The position numbers and the translations under genes are program-made. The notes beneath the pieces are model-generated. The model was not told the origin of the DNA. It saw nothing but the letters and a program-made list of their open reading frames with translations, and searched no databases. DNA of 63,798 bases, counting the filler, from Reticulomyxa filosa (lineage: Eukaryota; Protista; Foraminifera): NCBI GenBank assembly GCA_000512085.1. It is 27 parts of 27 records of this genome, joined end to end, with 100 filler letters (N's around TTAATTAATTAA, not from the genome) between each part and the next. Parts side by side here need not be neighbours in the genome. Positions count along the whole stretch, not along the records: positions 12,552 to 15,090 come from ASPP01018615.1; positions 15,191 to 18,216 come from ASPP01017609.1; positions 18,317 to 19,662 come from ASPP01023194.1; positions 19,763 to 31,943 come from ASPP01004572.1; 23 more parts are not named here. One strand, given 5' to 3'. This document shows positions 12,618 to 26,198 of this stretch, in pieces (position 1 is the first letter of the stretch; each line of letters starts with the position of its first letter).

Positions 12618-15070
12618 ATGTGCACAACACAAAACAACAGTGGAAAACGCAAAGACATCACTCCTCAATGCATTCGACACATAGTCGACACAAATGTGAT
12701 CCAAGTGCTGGTGTCGAATTTGCAGAATTCGGATTGTCCGAGCTCGCTATATGACGAGCCGGCATTCGGGACGCTGTTTTTGACTCCTCTTTCCGCTCGC
12801 TTTGGTGACAGCCAGTCCAATGTGGAACACAAGGCTGGCGAGAAGACTGACACAACAGCATCAGCAGTGGTCATCAGCTGGAGCAATTTGCAAATTGCAC
12901 TGGATGTATTTCGCTCCTTGAGAAGCGCACTTGACCGAGCCTTGAAGAGCGCCAGTGCACACTTTGGCCATGGTAACGACGCGCAAAGATCACAGGAATT
13001 GCTTTTGGGCTGGGAAGACGATGGCAAACCCAAATGTGAAATAGTCCTCGCCAGTCTGAAAAAGGCGTATCTGGCGGTGGAGTGCTACAAGAAGTTTGCA
13101 GTTGCGCAACCGCTCATCTGTCAGCACCTGCTCAATATGGTTGAGTGCATGTGGCATTGGCATGTGCAATGGAATGTCTTTTCTTCTGGTTAGTTCATTT
13201 CTTTTATATACATATACATATGTGTATATATGTGTTTGTGTGTGTGTGTATTGTTACCATATTTTTCATTTGACACAAAGTCGAACATGTTTTGGGTAAA
13301 ACATTAACGCGCGTGCATGCATGCATGTTTTTTTGGTGTGTGTTTAGATTTTTCCAAGTTAAAGCTGGACGATACCTCAATGATAGACCAATACAACCAT
13401 CGATATATCCTGTCCAATCACATGTTGGAGTCGATCAAGCGGCTCATTTCCGACGGCAAGCATCCCCTTCCCGTCCGAGCCTTGCAATCGCAAATGCTTG
13501 ATCCAAGCGACGTCGCGGATGAAAAGGAGACAACTGAACGACAGGCGGCTCGTCACTACTCTATCGTGGAACATTACATCAAGCCACGTCTCACCGAATA
13601 TCTAGTCTTTTTTGTTGATCAAGACACCTATCCCATTGCATACCAACTTAAGCAGTGTTACGTTTATATTCCTACTTTTTTGTAATAATAATAAACAATA
13701 ATAATAAATAATAATATTAAATAATAATAATGGGAAATACTATTAATAACAGTGAAGTTGTTATTGGAAGTGTCCAACGATGTACTGCAACGCTCGACGG
13801 AAGAGCAGCTTTGGATCGACTTTGCGGCGTTCTTCAGTAGCGACGAGGCCCACGACGAGTTTTGGTATGACACAACAAAAGGAGCCTTTGTCGAGAGATC
13901 TGTGAATGCGTTTGTGTTGTTTATCGACACTTTGGTGCGCCCATTTTACAAAGCAAGACAAACGAGTCTCGATCAGGTCGTGGCTGTGATCGATGCGTTT
14001 GTCATAAAATGGATCCAACATTTCATCGGATGGGAACAGTCTGCGTCAGTTGAGCCAGAGGAGCAAATACAGGATATCCCACAGTCGACCATCAACTCGG
14101 CTATGGCCAGCAAGTTGGTTCAAAGTTTGGAAACGTTGCTGTCGCCACAATCCAAACTGTTATCGCATCGCGCCATTGGACAAGCGGTCGTTATGATTAG
14201 CGACTATTTGAAAGTGGCCATGTTAAGTTGTAACTTTATTTCTCCTCCCTCTGTTCTCTCTCTCTCTCTCTCTCTGTTCTCTATTTTCAATTATCGATGT
14301 TGACCGCTGAAGCAAATATATGCAATAGATGCACCGCTTCTTCGCAACCACATCCACGTGGAAGCATCGTCGATTCCATCAAAACCAATGTGTTAGTCCG
14401 TAGTTTGAAGCCCTTTTTGGCCTTTCCGTGGAACGAAGAGGACCTCAAGGATGCAGAGACTTGTCAACAACAGTACCACTTGGTGGAGCAGCTCTATAGC
14501 TTATGTTTCGCTTCGTCCCATCATCAGCCAAGTGAACACGACATTGCGCGGGAAAATGCCTTGTTGTGTGAACACGTCTTCACGGATGTGATCTCACGGC
14601 ATTTGCCGAGATACTTTGTCCCGGTGCTCAAGAAAATCGCCCAAAGGTTAAGTTTGCCTCAGTTTGTTGTGGCTTATGCTACAAAAAGAAATGACGCCGA
14701 AGAAAAGGACAAAGACGAGACGACGCATGCAACAACAATAACGACAACGACAACAACAACAACAACAACGACAGAGGAAAAGTATTTGTCCATTTGTTAC
14801 GGTGACATGTTGTCCAAACGCTATGTGTGGTGTTTGCAAGTGATTTTATTGCTGCAGACAGTCGGCAAAGATCCACACTTGAAAAGCGAATTGGTCGACA
14901 CTTTGTTGCCGCTCGACGCACAAGCATTTGACCATTACAGCAAATATGTCATTGCCAAATGTCGAGATATCATTTGTGATTTGATCGATTTGTGTGGCAT
15001 TGAACTGCTATTCTATGGCATCGTGTCCACGACGACCAAAGACACAGTCCAGTTGACAATATTACAATAA
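12618..15070 (+). CDS. Internal part of a large alpha-helical hypothetical protein (at least 4 exons)
   Basis: Colinear ORFs 12618-13193, 13317-13685, 13752-14303 and 14297-15070 separated by (TA)n/(TAA)n/(CT)n introns. Poly-Thr tract at 14730-14772. Confidence 0.7.
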
Positions 15071-15225
15071 ATCCTTCCTTTTTTTTTTTTNNNNNNNNNN
15101 NNNNNNNNNNNNNNNNNNNNNNNNNNNNNNNNNNTTAATTAATTAANNNNNNNNNNNNNNNNNNNNNNNNNNNNNNNNNNNNNNNNNNNNAAAAAAAAAA
15201 AAAAATGTTTTTGTGAAATAAATAG

Positions 15226-15634
15226 AATACCCAAGATTATCTTCAGACATTGTGCCGGGAAAATAAAGCATTGATTGACGCAGGGATACAACAATGCGCA
15301 CTTTCAGAATCAAAACTTGAAGAAATCCGCGATGCGTTCACTGAGGAGCAAATCCCCATTACTTTTGATTCCCGACTAGTTGTCAATATGCAGCGTTTGT
15401 GGAACGAAGTTAAGTAAGGGTCTTCCACTCCATATATAAACTAAAGTACCAGTCAATAAGTAGTTTGTATATTTGTTTGTATATTGACGACGACTGGCGC
15501 AGAAGGGTATCCGAGAAACTTTAAACTATAGGGCCAAGTTTCAAATTCCAGATAACGTGGAACACTTTTTGGATCGAATTAAAGAGATTGCAGACCCTAA
15601 TTATATCCCAACTTTCAATGATTATGTTTTGTGC

Positions 15635-15665
<31 letters not shown>

Positions 15666-16656
15666 AAAAAAAAAAATCGACTTGTTAGGAGAAATAAATA
15701 AATAAAATAAAATAAAAAGATTCAAATCCGAATTCGAACAACAGGCTACTCAGAAGAAGTATTCTTTACAAAAACGCATGATACAGAGGTTCGCTTCCAA
15801 TTCATCGATGTCGGTGGACAAAGAAGCGAGCGAAGAAAATGGATGAAATTTGTCAAGGAAGAGTTAGATTGCGTGGTCTTTGTTATTGGTATGAGCGATT
15901 ATGACTTAGTTAAAACACATTACCCCCCCTCTCTCCCCCTTTTTTCTCCTTCTAAAAAAAAAAACAACTATATGTACATGCATATGTATATAACTAAATA
16001 ATTAAAGAAAGAGAGAATGTACACACATACACACATGGTTTGTAGAAATGCTTTGAAGATAATCAAACAAAGAGATTGGACGAAGCGTTGGCCATGTTCA
16101 CTGAGTTAGCTACGACGCAATTTTTTGATCGCAAATCTTTAATCATATTTTTCAACAAATTTGGTAAGACAAACCTGACAATACAAAAAAAACAAAACGT
16201 CAATTTTTTTTTTTGGTATTAACTATAAAATAATAACAATAACAAAAATAAAAATAATTGGTCAAAGATCTGTTCGAAGAAAAATTGACCAAAGTGTCCT
16301 TTAAAGTCGCTTTTTCTGATATTCGCGATGAAGAAGCCCAAGATCCAAAATTAGTATGCAAGTTTTTCAAACAAAAGTTTTTGGATATTCTTGATAATAA
16401 CAAAGTCAAATTAACATCTCCACCCCATTTTTTTTCCACACGTGCTTTGAGTTGAGCTTTTTTTTTTTTTTAAGGGTTTGAAAAGGGAGGGAGTAGTGTA
16501 CATTACTTTTTTTTTCTTTTAGGATCGAAAAAAATGACACCCTTTATTTTTTTTATTTTAGGCACAAAGAATGTCCACAAAGTAATTCGGTCCATTCAAA
16601 CTGATTTGGTGCGACAAAATTTGCTGGAACAAGGACTGGCTTTGGGAAAAGCATAG
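15226..16656 (+). CDS. Heterotrimeric G-protein alpha subunit, 5'-truncated by contig end, 6 exons
   Basis: FLDRIKEIADPNYIPTFNDY, IRIRTTG (switch I), FIDVGGQRSERRKW (G3), KCFEDNQTKRLDEAL, IIFFNKFD (G4, split by an intron), HFFSTRAL (G5 position). TAG stop at 16654-16656. Confidence 0.96.
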
Positions 16657-18316
16657 CGGCTGTCTCAATGTGATAAGAGAGATCCATTTTGTTGCTCTGC
16701 TTTGTGTTGTGTTTTGTTCTTTTTCTTTTCTTTTTTCTGTTTAATCAAATATTAAATTAATGGGTAGGTATCTTGTTCGTGATGTTTGATTTCTTTCTTA
16801 TTTTCCTCCTCTCTTTGAAATAATGAGATATAATGCACCCTTTTTTTGTTTCCTTGTGATTTTACTTTTTGGTTTTTTGTTTGTTTTTATCTTATCTTTT
16901 TTTGTTATGTTTGTGGTGCTCCATTTTTTTCTATTATCAAAGCTTGTCTATTTGTGAGTGATTTTTGGATGGCAAAGGTGAAGTATTTCGTCATTGCATC
17001 ACATCAGAGTTCAACGAGGAGTTACTTGTTTTCCTCTTCCCTCATCCATGTTCTAATCTCAACAGTTTATCACAATGTTTCTGTCGTTCCATAGTTGAAT
17101 TTGATTTCTGCATCAATGATTGATTTCAATTTGTTTGTTACTTCATTGTCTTGAAGAAATACACATTAAAGACATGCTTATAATGCCCGCATTTTCAATT
17201 TTAACGTGCATATTTCTGCAAAATTTTCTCCAGAGAACAGATCTAAATAGGACAATACTTATCATATTACGCAAAAAAATATTGAAATTATTGCCTTTAC
17301 GCCAAATTTCAAGTGAATTCTTATTGCAATTTCGATTTGATGAACTGAAGTATTTCATCAAAAACAATTGACAAAAAGGAACGTTCTTTTTTAAAAAAAA
17401 TTTGTAGTATTTTTTCTGTCGTTCTAGTCCAAAAAAAAGAAAAGTAAGAAATATTGATGCAAGTGTAAATATATTGTGTTGCCTGCCTTATGTTAACATT
17501 TGCATTAATAATATTTGTTTCGTTTTGAATAGTTTAGTGAAAACTTTACTTTGAAAGTCAACCACACTACACGTTGAACTAAAATCAATCAAAAACTTAA
17601 AAGCCAAAATCTAGTTCAATTAAAACATTATTACAGATAAATTATTGATATTCGTTTGAAACCAATTTAAAGATAATTGTTAAGTGATTATAACATCAAA
17701 AGTGAATATATTCACTTGATGTTGCGCTTTTGCGATGCAAATTAAAGTATAATTTTAAAAAATTATTTTTCTTTTTATATTTTTCAGAAAAATATCAATT
17801 ATTTTGTTTGTTGGTGAATACATACAGATATGTAGTAAAATTTAAGTATATGTCAGTTGTAATTAGTTTAAAACAGAAGTTCATTAAGAAACAAACTTTC
17901 ATACAATAAATATGTTACATAAATATATACATTTATATTTTTACATTAAACATATTATTATATATATGATGTTTTTTGTTCATTAAAAAATTAAAGTTAT
18001 TCAACTATAAAATCTGATAAGTGTTATATTACTTTTGGAGCGATATAATGTAAGTTTACCTTTTGTTTTGAACTTGTTGAAAATTGAAATTTGTTATAAA
18101 AATATATTAAAAACTTTGAAATGTAAAACAATTACTTTGCAAGTTTAACCAGTGACAAAATTAAATACGATAGTTGGAACCGAAAGGGTTTGAATTCCGG
18201 GTTTTTAAAAACCCGGNNNNNNNNNNNNNNNNNNNNNNNNNNNNNNNNNNNNNNNNNNNNTTAATTAATTAANNNNNNNNNNNNNNNNNNNNNNNNNNNN
18301 NNNNNNNNNNNNNNNN

Positions 18317-19662
18317 ACAAAGCTCCCAACAAAGCTCCCAACAAAGCTACCACCAAAGCTCCCAACAAAGCTCCCACAACAGCACCAGCCACTCAAGCAG
18401 CAAGGTATGATTTAAAAAAAAAAGATGGACGGGAATTAACATTAGCTTTGTGTGTATGTTATATAGACAGCGACAGTAACAGCGACAGTGGCAGCGACAA
18501 TGGCAGCGACAGTGACAGCAGCGAACATGAAATAAAAATGAAACTTGGAGTGGCGATGATGAAGCTAAGAATGGAGGTAAAGAAAATGGAAAATTTGTAT
18601 ACTTGGCCGCCACCGTCCAAGTCCCCGTCCAATCAATCTGCGACTGCGATTGCCTCGACTGCTGCGATTCCGTCTCTGTCACACCAGTCGAGACAATCGC
18701 AATCGATGTATTCACCAACTCGACTGCGGCGAGGGCTACAACAGCACCAGCAGCACCAGCAGCACCAGCAACACCACCAGCACAAGCAGCACCAGCAACA
18801 CCAGCAGCACGAGCAGCACCAGCAGCAAAGTATGTATACGTATATATGAATATTTTTTTTTTTGAATTTTTTGTGTAAGTGTGTGTTTTTTTTATATCAA
18901 GAAATTGAGCCATTGGGATTGGTGGCGCAGTTGCAAATAATGTTTGCAATAATGTTTTGCATGATGCTAGCATTAGCATCCATTTATGTTGGTTATATGA
19001 TCATAACCAATATAAATGTTTGGCCATCAGTGCCAAATTGCAGATGGAGTTGTGGGCGCATATACGGCCCCGAATGTCATCCTCCACACCTTTTTATAAA
19101 ATGGCAATGTTGTAAGGTGATGGAGTTGATGAATATGGTGGATGTGGACTGGTCGAAGGTCCTCCAGTTTGGGATGCCGCTGTGGATTTGGGCATTTGCC
19201 CTCTTTCGCCGCATAAGTGGCATGTAAAAAAAAAAAAAATCACTTAATTGTTGAACCAACTTCGATTAGCAAGTCTCAATTTGTCGATGGCGTAATCAAA
19301 ACTTATTGTGCAAGTTATCACATTTCCTATTCCACGTTTGATAGCAATAAAGTACAGACAATGCCGTTTAGTAATTACCACAATCGCGAAGCTGTGGTGA
19401 TTGATGTAACAACATCTCAGTGGTTATTGAATTGGACAATGAGCGAGAACAATGTAGCAAATAATGGAGTGATAATGATTCGCAATGGTAACCAAAATTC
19501 AAAGGCTCCAAGTGTGATGACAGTGGCAAATAACCATTTTGAAAACAATACAGATATGTTTGTTGGTAATGGAGGATGGCAATACGACACAAAGCCATGT
19601 ATATCAGCCATCTGATCACACGAGATGGAATTTCATCACAGCAATAAAGGAGCATTTATATA
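18317..19662 (+). pseudogene. Mucin-like / extracellular protein fragment with PTKA repeats, Cys-rich segment and beta-helix-like region; disrupted
   Basis: (TKAP)n at 18317-18400, SICDCDCLDCCD, AAPA-rich stretch, then SYSTFDSN...TVANNHFENN. Internal stops and frameshifts. Confidence 0.45.
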
Positions 19663-20687
19663 NNNNNNNNNNNNNNNNNNNNNNNNNNNNNNNNNNNNNN
19701 NNNNNNTTAATTAATTAANNNNNNNNNNNNNNNNNNNNNNNNNNNNNNNNNNNNNNNNNNNNCACAAGAAAAAAAAATATTTTCTTGAAAGACCAAAAAA
19801 AAAAAAAAAAAGATTACCAAGGAAAGATGTGTTGAAGTTTCTTTTTCATTAAAAAGTTTGGCCATTCTAAGCTTTTTTCTATAGATGATTTCAGATAAAA
19901 AAAAAGACAACTTTTTTGTGATAACCCTTTCATTGACCTCAAAAAAATTTGAGTTGAGTAGTGTTTAAATGGATTGAAAATTATTCAATTAAAGAGATAT
20001 TAGAGAGTATATAAATATTTTTCATTTTAATTGATGTTTATGACTATTGTTTAATTAGGCATTTTATCATTGTCATTATGTTTCATTACGTTGCAATTTT
20101 AATTGTTTATTTTAAACATTCATTGAAATTATTTAAAATATTTACACTTCCAAAAAAAAAACAAGATAATATGATATATTTACTTATTTAAAAAATAAAA
20201 TGAATGATTGCAACTTTGTCTTTATGAAACAATTAAAAAAAATGACTGAATATAAAATATTTAATTGATTGGAGAAAAATTTCTTTGTTTAGAAAAATCA
20301 TCATTTTTATTCAACCATCCAGAACAAATAAATTGATCATTATCAAATGTTAAATGATCAATATTACTCACACTTTTTTTGTAATTAATGAGGTTTTGGA
20401 TCATTCAGATGATGAGCAAAAGGAAGCACGAAAAATGTAGTTGACTGTGTTAAATAGTTGCAACAAATAAATACCGTCATTTGAATGGAAAAAAGACTGT
20501 TGGATATTCGTTTAAATAAGAATTGTACGTTATTAGTAAAGAGAAAGGAGTGTACTGTTTTAAATTCGTATCACTAAAAAAACAAAATAATAAAATGATG
20601 ATTGTAGTGTTCATTTCTATTATGGTTTATACAAGATAAATAAAATGGAAATCTTTAATGTTATTTTAAACAATTCATCAAATATAT

Positions 20688-22037
20688 TCATCCCCAAATA
20701 CGAATGGGACCATTGTACGAACTGTAACATAAACTAACACCACAATGATTATTTGATTTTTTTTCATTGTTATTTCCTTTTATTTTCAGTGATACAAATT
20801 TAAGGCAAATGATTCCTTCATCTCCATTATTTCCATTAATCGCATACAATTCATTCTTATTTGACCGAATATCCCAAAAACGAATTGTATTATCTAATGA
20901 TCCAGAACATATTACATTTGAATTACCACCAACTTCAGTATTTTTTACTACAAAAGGTGAATATTCAACTGAGCTAACATAATTTGTATGTCCATTGAAC
21001 ATTTGAATTTGTTGACCAGATCGAATATCCCACAAACGAACACTTATATCATCTGATCCAGATAATATTATATTTACTAATTCATTTGATCCATATTTTA
21101 CACTCCTAACCCAATGTTCATGTCCTTTGAATACATTCAATTGTTTAGCTGTTTCAATATCCCATATTCGAATAGTCTTATCAAATGCTCCAGAACAAAT
21201 AGTGTATCCATTACCACCAATCATGCCAATAATATTACTTTTATTGTTGTCATTGTTTTGAAATGATGAAAAATCCACACACCAAACAGTTCTTGTATGC
21301 CCATCGAAAACATGCAATGATTTTGATGTTTCAACATCCCATAAACGAATTGTTTTGTCAGTAGATCCAGAGCACAAATATCTACCACCGTTAAATGGTG
21401 AAAATTCAATGCAATTGACACTCATATCATGTTCATTAAAAATTTTTAATCGTTGATTATGTTTGAGATTCCAAAAGCAAATGGTTTTATCTTCTGATGA
21501 AGAACAAATAACGTTATAATGATAATTATGATAATAATATTGTGAATATTTTACACAATATACAGAACCTGAATGTTCATTGAATGATTGTATTTGTTTA
21601 TTAGTATCTACATACCATATACCAACTGTTTTATCTTCTGATCCAGAATAAATGACTTGATTACAATCGAAATTTGAATAATCAATACTCCACACAAAAT
21701 TGGTATGTCCACTAAAAGTCTTGAGTAATTTAGATGATAAGCGAAATATATCAAGTATGAAGATGGAAATTGTCTATATTAAGTGATTAAAGGTTTGAGC
21801 ATGGTTGATTATTATTTGAATGAAAAACAAAAAAAAAGCGTAACATAATTGATAATAATTTTATCAAAATCATTAATCCATCCTAATTTAATCTTTAACA
21901 TTCGAGTCCAATGTTGAATAATTATTTTGACATCTTCTTCTAGCTGTTTCATACATAACAAATAAAACAAGACAAGCAACTTTCTGAAGATAAATATTGA
22001 TTGAGTTGAACATTGTTTTTCCCTTAACAATAGTCAT
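20688..22037 (-). CDS. WD40 beta-propeller protein, tandem copy 1 (leader exon + box exon + WD40 exon)
   Basis: Repeated GH...CSGSxDKTIRxWD units, ending IRIWG*. Box exon 21843-21942 reads EEDVKIIIQHWTRMLKIKLGWINDFDKIIINY. Confidence 0.92.
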
Positions 22038-22390
22038 TCTTTTAGATTGTCTTCAATGATGTAAGAGGAAAAAAACGTTTTTGAGTTTTTAATATCAAAA
22101 TCAATAAGGGACTATACAATTTTTCTTCAGTTTATTATACACTAGTACACATTTGAACAAAAATTTTTTCCGGATAGTCATATTTACGTGTCATAAAATA
22201 AATATTTTTTATCGATTCACATAATATTTCTCTATGCTATTTGTTTTATTGCCAAATGACGCATCAATTAAATCGTACGTCCTCCTTTGCTTTTTAAAAG
22301 CAAACATTTTCAAAAAGAATTAATAAACCTGAAAAAATAAAACACTATTTTCCATATTCTTTCACAACAAAAAAAAAATTATATACATAT

Positions 22391-24417
22391 TTATCCCCAT
22401 CTGTGAATAGGACCATTGGTCGAACCATAAAATAAATTAACACCATTATCATTTTCTTTCTTTTTCAATGGCACAAACTTAAGACATGTTATTCCTTGAT
22501 TTTCTTTCATATTTGCTTTAATCACATACAATTCATTCTTATTTGATCGAATATCCCAAAATTGAATTGTATTATCCCATGATCCAGAACATATTACACT
22601 TGAAGTCTCACCAACTTCTTTATTATCCACTACAAATGGTAAATATTCAACAGCCCATACAACATCTGTATGTCCAATGAACGCTTGAATTTGTTGACCA
22701 GATCGAATATCCCACAAGCGAACACTTTTATCAAACGATCCAGATAATGTTGTATTTGAACAGCCAATGTTTCCTAATTCATTTGATCCATATTTTACAC
22801 TCAATACATAATCGTCATGTCCTTTGAATATAATCAACGCTTTAGTCGTTTCAATATCCCATATTTGAATGGTTTTATCAGCTGATCCAGAACAAATAGT
22901 ATATCCATTACCACCGATTACACCAATATTATTACTTTTATTATTATTATTGTTGTTATTGCTTTGCAGTGATGAAATATCAACACAACGAATAATATCT
23001 TCATGTCCATTGAAAACATGCAATAATTTTGATGTCTCAATATCCCATAAACGAATAGTTTTGTCATCAGATCCAGAACACAAATATCTACCACTATTAA
23101 ATGGTGATAAGGCAATGCCATGAACAACTTTTGTATGTCCATTCAATATTTGTAATTGTTGATTATGTTTGATATCCCAAAAACGAATAGTGGAGTCAGA
23201 TGACGAAAAACAAGTAACATTACGACGATGAATATAGTAGTGATATAATGAAAATTTTATACCATTCACATAATCTAAATGTTCATTGAATAATTGAATT
23301 TGCTGGTTGTTATCAATATCCCATACACGAACTGTTTTATCCGATGATGCAGAACAAATGAATTGACTATCATCAAATATTGAATAATCAATACTAGTCA
23401 CCTCAGAAGTATGTCCAATGAGTGTCTTAAGTAGCTTGGATGATGCACGAAACGTGTCAAAACTATATGTAGTGGTCCAAGAAGATGAAATGATATATTG
23501 AGTATTTGATTGTTTTTGTTCATCTTCTTCATTTTTTAGTCGATTTGTTATCGGCTCGATAGCAATTTGAAATATAGTCAAAGAATCTTGATTCAACAAA
23601 ATATCTTCACAGATCTGTTTTAAATGTTGTTCATTATCAATTGTAATATCTTTGTTTTGAATATTTCGGAGTAATATGTATTTATTGTCAAGATTGAGTT
23701 GACTTATTATGAATTGCTTCATTTCCACAAATTCTTTGTGCCAATCATAATTATTAATATCAGTAGACATTAGTGAGTTTGATGGAACCCAACTCACACA
23801 ATTACCGTTATGCTCAAATATCAAACATATCTTGACAACACACAAAATAGTCATTTTTGTCAAATAAAAATATAAGTAGAAATAAAACTGCAAGAATTTG
23901 AAAAGTATTCAAATTATCATTAATCTGAAGTGTTTCAATACTTTATTTTGTAATTCATTCCAATTTTTTTTCCAAATGTCTTTAATTATTGCTTCATTTG
24001 CATCATTCGCATATTTTGGAGTAAATTCAAATATCAAAGTAGTGCCATTCATTACTTGTAATTTTTTGTCTTTAACTTTCTTTTGTTTATTTTCGTAAAG
24101 CAACAATTTTTTCTTGGATAAGAAAATAAAACTACTCCATTTTTTCTTAAACTTACTTTAATTACAATATCCAAACTTTTTAGCCCTTTTACACTGTCAG
24201 TAAATTTTTGAGGGTCGGCAAACGGGACCGTCTTGCCATCAATTTGTATAACAAAATTCTCATTATACAAATACTCTGGAAATACAGTTCGAATATTGTT
24301 GTATACGTTATTCAAATTCTCTTGAGATGAACTTAGACATATTGCCGTTAGCTTTCTCTTCATCGCTTCACTTTTCTCATCTGGGGTGAATGACGCTATT
24401 ACTTTTGAGATTGACAT
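22391..24417 (-). CDS. WD40 protein, tandem copy 2, with an alternative N-terminus (repeated ~90-aa PB1/ubiquitin-like-looking units, no box exon)
   Basis: ORF 22391-23893 carries the same WD40 propeller preceded by ~130 unrelated aa. Upstream exons at 24052-24432 and 23909-24106; their linkage to the WD40 ORF is uncertain. Confidence 0.85.
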
Positions 24418-24834
24418 TATGAATGAAATCAATTTTCAACTTAAAAAAGTTCCTACGTATATTCTCTATTTTTTATTCCACGAATAAACTCTATCATTTT
24501 CCTCATAAAATTGGCTCATAAAAGATCTGGAAAGCAAAATTTCACTTTCATATTTAACTGGAGATATCCATGATACATCAAACTAAAAATGGAATATGTC
24601 CTTCTCATAACAAAAAACATTAACAATTATAAAACAATTTGATTATAAGGTTGTAGTAGTAAAATTGTTGATGAGCTGAAACTAATGTGATGGATTATAT
24701 TTGGAAAGTGTGCAGTCAAAGTGGTTTATAAATGAAAGAAAGAATTTGGAAAGGCACAAAGGGTTTGAGAGATGAACAAAAATTGATCGTGAAACAACGT
24801 AGTGGAATATTTTTTTACTGTTAAAAAAATAATG

Positions 24835-26198
24835 TTATCCCCAAACACAAATAATACCATTGCGCAAACCATAGCACATATTAATACAACTGTTACTAAT
24901 TTTCTCTTTTAATTGTAGAAATTTAAGGCAATAAACTCCTTTATCTTCTCTGTAATCTCCGTTAATAATATACAATTCACTCTTATTTGATCGAATGTCC
25001 CAAAATTGAATTGTATTATCCCATGATCCAGAACATATTACACTTGAAGTCCCACCAACTTCTTTATTATCCACTACAAATGGTAAATATTCAACAGCCC
25101 ATACAACATCTGTATGTCCAATGAACGCTTGAATTTGTTGACCAGATCGAATATCCCACAAGCGAACACTTTTATCAAATGATCCAGATAATATTGTATT
25201 TGAACAGCCAGTGTTTCCTAATTCATTTGATCCATATTTTGCACTATAAACTGTACCTTCGTGTCCTTTGAATACAATCAATTGTTTGGTCGTTTCAATA
25301 TCCCATATTCGAATGGTTTTATCACCTGACCCAGAACAAATGGTATATCCATTACCACCAATCACACCAGCGTTATTACTTTTATTGTTATTGCTTTGCA
25401 ATGGTGAAATATCAACACACCAAATACCTTTTTCATGTCCATCGAAAACATGTAATGATCCATATGTTTCAATATCCCATAAGCATATTGTTTTATCACT
25501 AGATCCAGAGCACAAATACCTACCACCATTAAATGATGAAAATTCAATGCCACCAACACTTTGTGAATGTCCATTCAATATTTGTAGCTGTTGATTATGT
25601 TTGATATCCCAAAAACGGATTGTTTTGTCACCTGATGAAGAACAAATGACATTTTGACGATGATTATAATAATGATGAAGTGAAAATTTTACGCAATACA
25701 CAGAACCCGAGTGTCCATTGAATATTTGAATTGGTTTGTTGTTTTCAACATCCCATACACGAACTGTTTTATCTGATGATCCAGAATAAAGTAATTGAAC
25801 ATTATCGAATGTCGAGTAATCAATGCTCCACACATTGTTAGTATGTCCAGTGAATGTTTTGAGTAATTTAGATGATGAACGAAACGTGTCAAACATAAAT
25901 ACTGTAGCTGCCTGTATTCATGTATGATGATGAATAACAATTGGTTAATAAATATATGTCATTGAATAAAAATAAAAAAAACATAACATAATCGATGACA
26001 AGTTTATCAAAGTCATAAATCCACCCCAATTTAATATTTAAAAATTCGAACCCAGTGCCGGATAATTATTTGGATCTCTTCTTTTTTTAACTGATTCAAG
26101 CACAAACTACGTACAACAAAATTTTAAAAACAATCAAAAATGCTTACCAATGTTAGTTGCGCTGAAGCTTGGGTATCATTATTAGTGGTAGTCATCAT
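24835..26198 (-). CDS. WD40 protein, tandem copy 3
   Basis: 353-aa WD40 ORF. Leader MMTTTNNDTQASAQLTL|GTAAG. The box exon (~25990-26090) has a +1 T homopolymer frameshift (sequencing error or pseudogenisation). Confidence 0.9.
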
